Made by a program: the position numbers and the translations under genes. The notes below the pieces were generated by a model that searched no databases, was not told the origin of the DNA, and saw only the letters and a program-made list of their open reading frames with translations. Positions 57,726 to 64,000 of a DNA stretch of 64,000 nt are shown here, piece by piece (position 1 is the stretch's first letter; each line of letters starts with the position of its first letter). The stretch comes from Candidatus Bathyarchaeia archaeon. Lineage in GTDB: Archaea > Thermoproteota > Bathyarchaeia > TCS64. Location of the stretch: assembly GCA_050014495.1 (NCBI GenBank), contig JBEKDF010000012.1, forward strand, positions 1 to 64,000, written 5' to 3'.

Positions 57726-59519
57726 CTATAGTTTCCTCAGCGTCTTCTTAATCAGGTCATTCGCTTGGTAGAAGCCGTCCTCCACGAGGTTTCTCTCCCT
57801 CACAAGCTTTGTGTATAGGAACTTGAACTCAGGCGACTGGTGGAGAGTCATTGCGGCGAGGTCTGTGATCTCACTTATCCTCGGGAATGGCTGAGCCCCG
57901 AAAGTCTCCATAGACACCTGGTTTGCTATGTCGGCGTCGCTATGGGATACAGGGTTGACGTGGCGACCCACCCACATGAGACAGTCGTTGAGTTCGGCGA
58001 CCTTCGCCGGGTCCCCACCAGTCGAGACCTTCTTCGCCGCTATCTCAAGCTTCTCAGCTAACGTCCTCAGCTCATTCACCTCAGCAATCAGATGGTGGAG
58101 GTTATAGAATCCGCTGATCTTCTCCGACTTCCCCTGCATGTCCTCGAGTATCTTGATCATCCTCTCGGCATACTGGGTGTAGTTGAAGGGGATGATGGGG
58201 CAGTTTGCTAGGCGCCAAATGAGGTTGAGCTCTATCTTGACGTCTGTGACGAGGATTTCTATATCCATCTTATCGTGGGTTTCGTAGGGGGTGTGCCACC
58301 ACCATCCTCCGCCCGAGTAGTTGACATGGGGATCGTAGGTCTCCTTGGGGCGGCTCGTAGTCACGCTTATGTGGGGTAGCCCAGTGCCCCAGAAGCTACC
58401 GTCCCCTGCTCGAGTGGGCCACCGATAGTCCTCCACGACTATCCCCGTGGCATCCTTGATGCTCTCCAGTACCGCATCGAGGACCTCACTGTATGGTGCC
58501 TCGCGTACAGTAGTTGCTCCTTGAACCCCTGGGGAGTCGATATTATAGCTCGCCACACAGTTGTATCGGAGGTCATGCCAAAACGCGTCGTTATACCACG
58601 TCGAGCCAGCGTACTTCCCTATCTCGTGCCCCGTCCAGTAGGCTATACGAACACTTCTAAGCAGCTTCTCCTTGTTCTTGTTGAGTAATCGGGCGACCTC
58701 GAGGATGGCGGTGTCGCCGCTTATGTTGTCTGTGGCTCCGAGGCAGTATGGTGGCGTATCGACATGGCCGTTGACGAGGATGAACTTGTCCGGTTCCTTC
58801 TTGCCCTTTATCTCCGTAACTAGAAGGGGTAGTTTCTTCCACCGTGTCTCTGCAAAGCTGATAACATGGGCCCTCATTCCTCCGGACTGGGCCATCTTCC
58901 TAAGCTTGGCTCCATCCCTGTTGCTCACATGTAATATTGCGGGTATCTGGGGTATGAGGTGAAGGTTGTCAGGCGTCGGGTTCCCCGAGACGCTGAAATC
59001 GGCTCTCTGGTGGCAGACGGTGGGCATGAAGTCGTCCTGCTCGATGACTATTAGACCCGCAACACCCATTTCCTGCAACTGGAGCAGCAGTTTCCCCTGG
59101 AGCCCCATCCAGTCTCCGCTCGTCTTCTGCTCGCAGAGCACTATCTTCCCCCGACACTCTTGGTACCCAATCATGTCTGGTGAGATGTAGATGACCTCGG
59201 CCTCGAAGCCCTCGGGGGATGTGGATCCTGCCTGTCTGTAGGGGGTGGTCTGGATCTCCATCACTTGCGGCGCCGTGACAGTAAGCCGAGCTGTCTTCGG
59301 GTCCGTGATGTAAGCCTCGAAGCGTAGGACCTTCGGCTCAAGCCCATACTCCTCCAGCTTCCTCCTTAGCATCTGTATCGCCTGTTCCTCCTCAGGGCTC
59401 CCCGAATGGAGAGGTGGGTACTGCATCAATTCGTCGAAGTTTGCCTGCATAGTCTCTTTGGAGATCTCGCCCTCCATCTTCCGGAGTATCTTCCTGTCTT
59501 CTTCGGGTAGGAGAATCAT
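57726..59519 (-). CDS. M28 family peptidase with PA domain
   Basis: GHVD, GATDN, WTGHE, NIDSPG, WWHTP.ET.DK. Confidence 0.88.
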   Translation of the reverse strand: MILLPEEDRKILRKMEGEISKETMQANFDELMQYPPLHSGSPEEEQAIQMLRRKLEEYGLEPKVLRFEAYITDPKTARLTVTAPQVMEIQTTPYRQAGSTSPEGFEAEVIYISPDMIGYQECRGKIVLCEQKTSGDWMGLQGKLLLQLQEMGVAGLIVIEQDDFMPTVCHQRADFSVSGNPTPDNLHLIPQIPAILHVSNRDGAKLRKMAQSGGMRAHVISFAETRWKKLPLLVTEIKGKKEPDKFILVNGHVDTPPYCLGATDNISGDTAILEVARLLNKNKEKLLRSVRIAYWTGHEIGKYAGSTWYNDAFWHDLRYNCVASYNIDSPGVQGATTVREAPYSEVLDAVLESIKDATGIVVEDYRWPTRAGDGSFWGTGLPHISVTTSRPKETYDPHVNYSGGGWWWHTPYETHDKMDIEILVTDVKIELNLIWRLANCPIIPFNYTQYAERMIKILEDMQGKSEKISGFYNLHHLIAEVNELRTLAEKLEIAAKKVSTGGDPAKVAELNDCLMWVGRHVNPVSHSDADIANQVSMETFGAQPFPRISEITDLAAMTLHQSPEFKFLYTKLVRERNLVEDGFYQANDLIKKTLRKL

Positions 59520-59585
59520 AATTATCGGATTATTTACGATTAGAGGCGGTATAATACTTGCGAAGGGGAGGAATAATGATTTGAG

Positions 59586-59662
59586 TGGTGGGATCGCCCG
59601 GATTTGAACCGGGGATCACGCGGTCCCGAACCGCGTATCATACCAAGCTAGACTACGATCCC
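59586..59662 (-). tRNA. tRNA-Pro(CGG), intronless, CCA encoded
   Basis: GGGATCG/CGATCCC acceptor stem, CGCGG-TTCGGGA-CCGCG anticodon arm, GGTTCAAATCC T arm, ACCA end. Confidence 0.96.
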
Positions 59663-59712
59663 TGAATCGTATTAGGCGGTTGGTGACTGAACTTAAAAAC
59701 GATGCGGGGAGG

Positions 59713-60810
59713 CTACGCCTCCGTGACTGCATCGCTGACGGCCATATTCAGAACCGTCTCGGCGATGTCTGCGCCATATTCAGAGGTTCTCAAAATACTC
59801 TCAACGATTAGCCTCAGCTGAGGCACGTCCTCCACTGGGGCGAGTTTGACTATCTTGTGGATAACTTCAGCCTCCATGCCGCGCGTCTCCTCGGCGGCTT
59901 CCATCACCGCGTCGGCTTCGGAGTACTCTTCGTCGAATAGGGCTTCCATTGAGGCCTCGAATACCTTGAGAGCAGACTGACTGATCCTGTTGAGCTCATC
60001 AAGTATCTCCTCGTTTATGGGAACGAGGTGGAGGGCTAGACGGTTCTCCGCGATGTTCGTGGCGTGGTCCGCCATGCGCTCAACCGACTTCGTGATTAGG
60101 CGATAGCTGAGACACTGCCGTGGAGTGGATATGCCGCTCTCTTTTAGTACGTGTGCATCCATGATGGCGACGTTCAGTAGCCTAATCACGTAGAAACTGA
60201 ATCGGTCCACCTCGTCGTCCATATTAACCACCTCCTTGGCTATCCTAGGATTATCAGTGCTAAGGGTCTGGACTGCATCCCTGTGCATTGAAGCGGCAAT
60301 TATGGACATTCGACGGAGTGCGTCCTTTACGGATAATTCCGCATAGCTAAGGAGTATCTGAAGTGTAAGCTCATTTGGTAGATCACTGAGTATCTCAGTA
60401 CCGACGAGTTTCTTGCGGACGAAGTCCTTGATCTCGAAGCGGGTTTCGAGATCTATTCTCTTCTCTGTTGAGCGGATTTGGATTATATTGTATCCCATGA
60501 GGTAGGATGAGACGAGGCGACGTACGACGCTCTCTGGCTTATCACCCTGGTTTATTGTTATTAGGACCTTCTTTACTCTCTCTGGTGATGTCAAGCCCTT
60601 GGGTTGAATAGTTAGTGATCTATCGTCACGTTGACTCATGCTGACTACGCTGCCTCTCTTGAGGCCCATCTGGTCGACCCAACTTTTTGGAAGAGAGATT
60701 ATGTATGTTGAACCGCCAGTAACCTGAATCTTTCTGAGCTCTTCCATCTGATCGTTGGCCAACAAACGCTTTTTCTCTCCTGTTTTTTTCTTGGTTGAGA
60801 TATAGGTCAC
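59713..60810 (-). CDS. phoU: Phosphate uptake regulator (AbrB-type N-terminal domain plus PhoU domains)
   Basis: RKIQVTGGSTYIISLPKSW, DDEVDRF, ERMADHA.NIAE; true start probably ~60747-60765. Confidence 0.92.
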   Translation of the reverse strand: MTYISTKKKTGEKKRLLANDQMEELRKIQVTGGSTYIISLPKSWVDQMGLKRGSVVSMSQRDDRSLTIQPKGLTSPERVKKVLITINQGDKPESVVRRLVSSYLMGYNIIQIRSTEKRIDLETRFEIKDFVRKKLVGTEILSDLPNELTLQILLSYAELSVKDALRRMSIIAASMHRDAVQTLSTDNPRIAKEVVNMDDEVDRFSFYVIRLLNVAIMDAHVLKESGISTPRQCLSYRLITKSVERMADHATNIAENRLALHLVPINEEILDELNRISQSALKVFEASMEALFDEEYSEADAVMEAAEETRGMEAEVIHKIVKLAPVEDVPQLRLIVESILRTSEYGADIAETVLNMAVSDAVTEA

Positions 60811-60855
60811 TCTCTTTTTATGTTAATCATTATAGAAACAATAATAAAAATACTT

Positions 60856-60897
60856 CTATGATATCTCTATATATTTCATAGATAAACTATATATTAT
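60856..60897. promoter_or_regulatory. AT-rich 10-11-bp periodic repeats in the phoU/pstS divergent promoter
   Basis: CTAT(A/G) at 60856, 60867 and 60887, with CATAG at 60877. Confidence 0.45.
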
Positions 60898-60930
60898 TCT
60901 TTGCCGCAGTGGATGGGTGAGAAAAGGAAA

Positions 60931-62055
60931 ATGAGTAATCAGCAAAAGGGAAAAATAAATAATAGAATTATTATCGTAATAGCAGCTGCCATCGTGGTAG
61001 TAGCAGGCATATTCGGTTACATGTATCTTTCACCGCAAACAAGCAAGACACCAGAAACTTTGACCGGTTCAGGAGCAACGTTTCCATATCCTTTGTTAGA
61101 CACAATGATCAAGCAGTATCAAACACAAAAAACCAATGTGCTAATCAATTATCAATCAATAGGAAGCGGAGGAGGCATCTCTGCTCTAGAGGGCAAGACT
61201 GTGGACTTCGCCGCTTCTGACGCACCTCTAGGAGCAGCAGACATGGCGAAGGCGCCAAATTCGCTTCACATCCCAGAAACCATCGGTGCCGTCACACTGG
61301 CGTACAGTTTGCCAAATATCCCTGCGGGTCTTCACTTGACTGGTAAGGTCATTGCCGACATCTTCTCAGGTAACGTGACAATGTGGAACGACCCAGAGAT
61401 ACAGGCACTCAACTCAAACGTGACCCTACCTGCCAAGAGCATCCTCGTAGTTCACCGCTCAGACGGGTCTGGGACAACTTTCATTTTCACTGGATACCTA
61501 ACCCTATCAAGCATTGCATGGAAGAGCGCTATCGGGCAGGGTAAAACGGTCGCATGGCCGGTAGGAATAGGTGCAAATGGAAACACAGGAGTAGCCAGTG
61601 TCGTCCAGGGAACACAGGATACAATCGGATACGTCGAGCTAGCATATGCCCTGCAGAATAAGATGACGGTGGCGGCGATCCAGAACCCAGCTGGAAACTG
61701 GATTTTACCCACGTTAAATAGCATCCAGATAGCGGTGCAATCAGCAGCTTCAGGTGGTCTCCCAGCAGGAAGTGGAGACTGGTCAGGTGTTAATCTACTT
61801 AATGCCCCTGACTCACAAGCATATCCTATAGTCAGCTTCACCTACCTTCTCGTATACAAGGAACTCAACGTAATTCCAGGGATGACACAGACAAAAGCGA
61901 CGTCTCTCGTTCAATTTCTATGGTGGGTAGTACATGATGGCCAGCAGAACGCACCAGCACTAGCCTATGTGCAGCTTCCAGCGAACGTAGTACAAATAGA
62001 CGAAGCTTCAATCAAGTCAATAACGTTCAATGGCCAACAGCTACCGACGAGTTGA
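60931..62055 (+). CDS. pstS: Phosphate ABC transporter substrate-binding protein
   Basis: GSGATFPYP, GSGGG, DFAASD, RSDGSGTT, IGYVE; N-terminal membrane anchor. Confidence 0.96.
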   Translation: MSNQQKGKINNRIIIVIAAAIVVVAGIFGYMYLSPQTSKTPETLTGSGATFPYPLLDTMIKQYQTQKTNVLINYQSIGSGGGISALEGKTVDFAASDAPLGAADMAKAPNSLHIPETIGAVTLAYSLPNIPAGLHLTGKVIADIFSGNVTMWNDPEIQALNSNVTLPAKSILVVHRSDGSGTTFIFTGYLTLSSIAWKSAIGQGKTVAWPVGIGANGNTGVASVVQGTQDTIGYVELAYALQNKMTVAAIQNPAGNWILPTLNSIQIAVQSAASGGLPAGSGDWSGVNLLNAPDSQAYPIVSFTYLLVYKELNVIPGMTQTKATSLVQFLWWVVHDGQQNAPALAYVQLPANVVQIDEASIKSITFNGQQLPTS

Positions 62056-62129
62056 CTACAATGTCATACTCGATTCACTATAAAAAGTTCCATTTTTTTA
62101 ATTACACTAGAATCGAAGGGTAGATTGAC

Positions 62130-63074
62130 TTGAGTCATAAGTCATCGGCGGACAACATATTCAAAATACTGGTCGCTGTTGTCGCGGCATCCGCCCTGAT
62201 AATTCTTAGTGTAACTGGATACACGCTTCTAAACGGGTCCTTACCCGTACTTGAGCGGTTTGGGATACATTTCTTTACTGGAACTCAATGGAACCCTGTT
62301 GAAGGAAAAGAGGTATTCGGAGCTCTACCCTACCTTCTGGGAACACTTGCCACCTCGGCCATCGCCCTACTAATTGGCGTACCCCTTAGCTTCGGAATTG
62401 CAATCTTTTTAGTCGAGATGGCTCCCAGAGCTGTACGCGTCCCAATCTCGTATATAATAGATATCTTAGCCGCGGTCCCCAGTGTGATTTATGGGCTGTG
62501 GGGCCTCTTCGTACTGCGTTTCTGGATTCTGGATTATATTGAGACGCCTCTTTCCACTTACTTAGGTTGGATTCCAACCTTCAGCGGGACTCCTTATGGG
62601 TTAGATGTTTTCACAGCTGGAATAATTCTGGCAATCATGATCATACCAACGATATCCTCTGTCTCAAGGGAGGTCATTCGGGCTGTTCCAAACTCGATAA
62701 GGGAAGGAGCTTACAGCATCGGCGCAACAAGGTGGGAGGTGATCAGGAACTGGGTTTTAAGCTATGGTAGGTCTGGGCTATTTGGCGCTGTTATTCTAGG
62801 CTTAGGCCGAGCAATAGGCGAAACGATGGCCGTCACAATGGTTATTGGCAACACCGTTGGACCCGCGGCGATCCCTACCTCCCTATTCAAAGGCAGCCAA
62901 ACAATGTCGTCTCTCATAGCCAACGGTTTCCTGGAAGCGACCCCAGCATCCCTCGAATTACCAGCTTACATCGGCGTCGGACTGCTCTTGCTGCTTCTAA
63001 GCCTATCAATTAATCTAATAGCCGAAATCATGGTCAGCCGCGTTTTGAAGGTTAAAGGAGGCGCCATTGAATAG
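62130..63074 (+). CDS. pstC: Phosphate ABC transporter permease
   Basis: LAAVPSVIYGLWG, GRAIGETMAV. Confidence 0.96.
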   Translation: MSHKSSADNIFKILVAVVAASALIILSVTGYTLLNGSLPVLERFGIHFFTGTQWNPVEGKEVFGALPYLLGTLATSAIALLIGVPLSFGIAIFLVEMAPRAVRVPISYIIDILAAVPSVIYGLWGLFVLRFWILDYIETPLSTYLGWIPTFSGTPYGLDVFTAGIILAIMIIPTISSVSREVIRAVPNSIREGAYSIGATRWEVIRNWVLSYGRSGLFGAVILGLGRAIGETMAVTMVIGNTVGPAAIPTSLFKGSQTMSSLIANGFLEATPASLELPAYIGVGLLLLLLSLSINLIAEIMVSRVLKVKGGAIE

Positions 63075-63911
63075 TTGAAGAGTTATGCGTTCAGGAGATT
63101 TAAGGATAAACTCTTCTTCGTACTCTGTCTAGCCTGCGTAGTCACAGCATTAGCTCCCCTAGTAAGCATTCTCATCGAGGTTATAGTCAAGGGAGCCCCA
63201 CAATTGAGTCTGGAATTTCTGACTCAACCAGCAGGTGTAATAGGAGGATCCGCTGGCGGTATCGGGCCAGCCATTCAGGGGACTTTGATCCTTATCGCAC
63301 TCACAAGCCTAATGGGCATACCAATTGGAATATTATCGGGAATATACCTAGCCGAATATGGCAACAACAAATACGCATCAACGATGAGGATGTTCAACAA
63401 CGTTCTCACGGAGTTCCCCTCAATTGTCGTAGGGTTGACGGTCTTCATTGTTGTAGTCCTGTCTCTAGGTCACTTCTCCCCCATAGCGGGTGCCATCGCA
63501 CTCTCATTCATCTTGGTCCCTGTCGTCGCTAGGACTACTGAGGAATCTTTGAAGTTGGTGCCCAACTCGGTTCGTGAAGCCTCATTAGCTCTGGGTGTTA
63601 ACAGATGGAGGACGATAGTGAGTGTTGTTTTGCCAGCGGCAAGAGGAGGCCTAGTAACGGGCTCTCTGTTAGCTGTCGCGAGAATTGCGGGGGAAACGGC
63701 TCCATTGATCATGACGGTTCTTGGGAACCAGAACTTCTTTCAGGGATTTAGTCAACCGATGGATGCCCTCCCACTTCGAATCTGGAGGGACGCGCTATTG
63801 CCATACCCTGAGTTTCAAGCACAGGGCTGGGGAGCAGCTTTGGTTCTGATCTTGATGGTGTTGAGCATCAATATCAGTGTGAGGTGGATTAGCACACGGT
63901 TAGGAAGATAA
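63075..63911 (+). CDS. pstA: Phosphate ABC transporter permease
   Basis: GIYLAEY, PSIVVG, ARIAGETAPL. Confidence 0.96.
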   Translation: MKSYAFRRFKDKLFFVLCLACVVTALAPLVSILIEVIVKGAPQLSLEFLTQPAGVIGGSAGGIGPAIQGTLILIALTSLMGIPIGILSGIYLAEYGNNKYASTMRMFNNVLTEFPSIVVGLTVFIVVVLSLGHFSPIAGAIALSFILVPVVARTTEESLKLVPNSVREASLALGVNRWRTIVSVVLPAARGGLVTGSLLAVARIAGETAPLIMTVLGNQNFFQGFSQPMDALPLRIWRDALLPYPEFQAQGWGAALVLILMVLSINISVRWISTRLGR

Positions 63912-63947
63912 TTGATATTATTGGAAATAAGCTTGGAGAAGAGTGAG

Positions 63948-64000
63948 ATGACGCCGAGTACCCACGAAGAGAAATCTTTCGATGAACTAGATACGATGCC
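63948..64000 (+). CDS. Start of a CDS running off the window, probably pstB
   Basis: Open frame from ATG 63948; identity inferred from operon order only. Confidence 0.4.
   Translation, partial: MTPSTHEEKSFDELDTM

Noticed and set aside
59520..59712. Integrated element at tRNA-Pro
   Set aside because: No integrase and no duplicated tRNA 3' end seen in the window

Overview
Gene-dense archaeal chromosomal segment with no rRNA, CRISPR array or intact mobile element. PolD (DP1 and DP2), Elf1, Alba, Sec61beta, GGGP synthase, translin and a multi-OB RPA point to a PolD-containing TACK archaeon, most likely Bathyarchaeia (inference). The first ~37 kb is mostly accessory metabolism and transport: peptidases/amidohydrolases, PLP enzymes, a GH1, ABC and MFS transporters, a BlaI/M56-type regulatory module and a DEAD-box helicase. 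From ~38 kb onward it is largely core information-processing genes, ending with tRNA-Pro(CGG) and a phoU/pstSCA(B) locus. The most striking unexplained structure lies between the divergently oriented DP1 and DP2 genes. An AT-rich trough at ~42.5-44.8 kb carries four perfect copies of the palindrome GTGATATCAC plus phased half-sites, some embedded in hypF in different reading frames. It is flanked by a small HTH-like protein and a membrane-anchored coiled-coil/winged-helix protein, with no cdc6 and no canonical ORB visible. This is a candidate novel origin or centromere-like chromosome-anchoring system. Other candidates: a structured intergenic RNA after alba, a start-codon-sequestering hairpin in the helicase leader, perfect operator palindromes at the BlaI and RHH genes, a Ser-less alpha/beta hydrolase and several microproteins missed by the ORF track. 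All calls rest on motif recognition by eye; no database searches were run.
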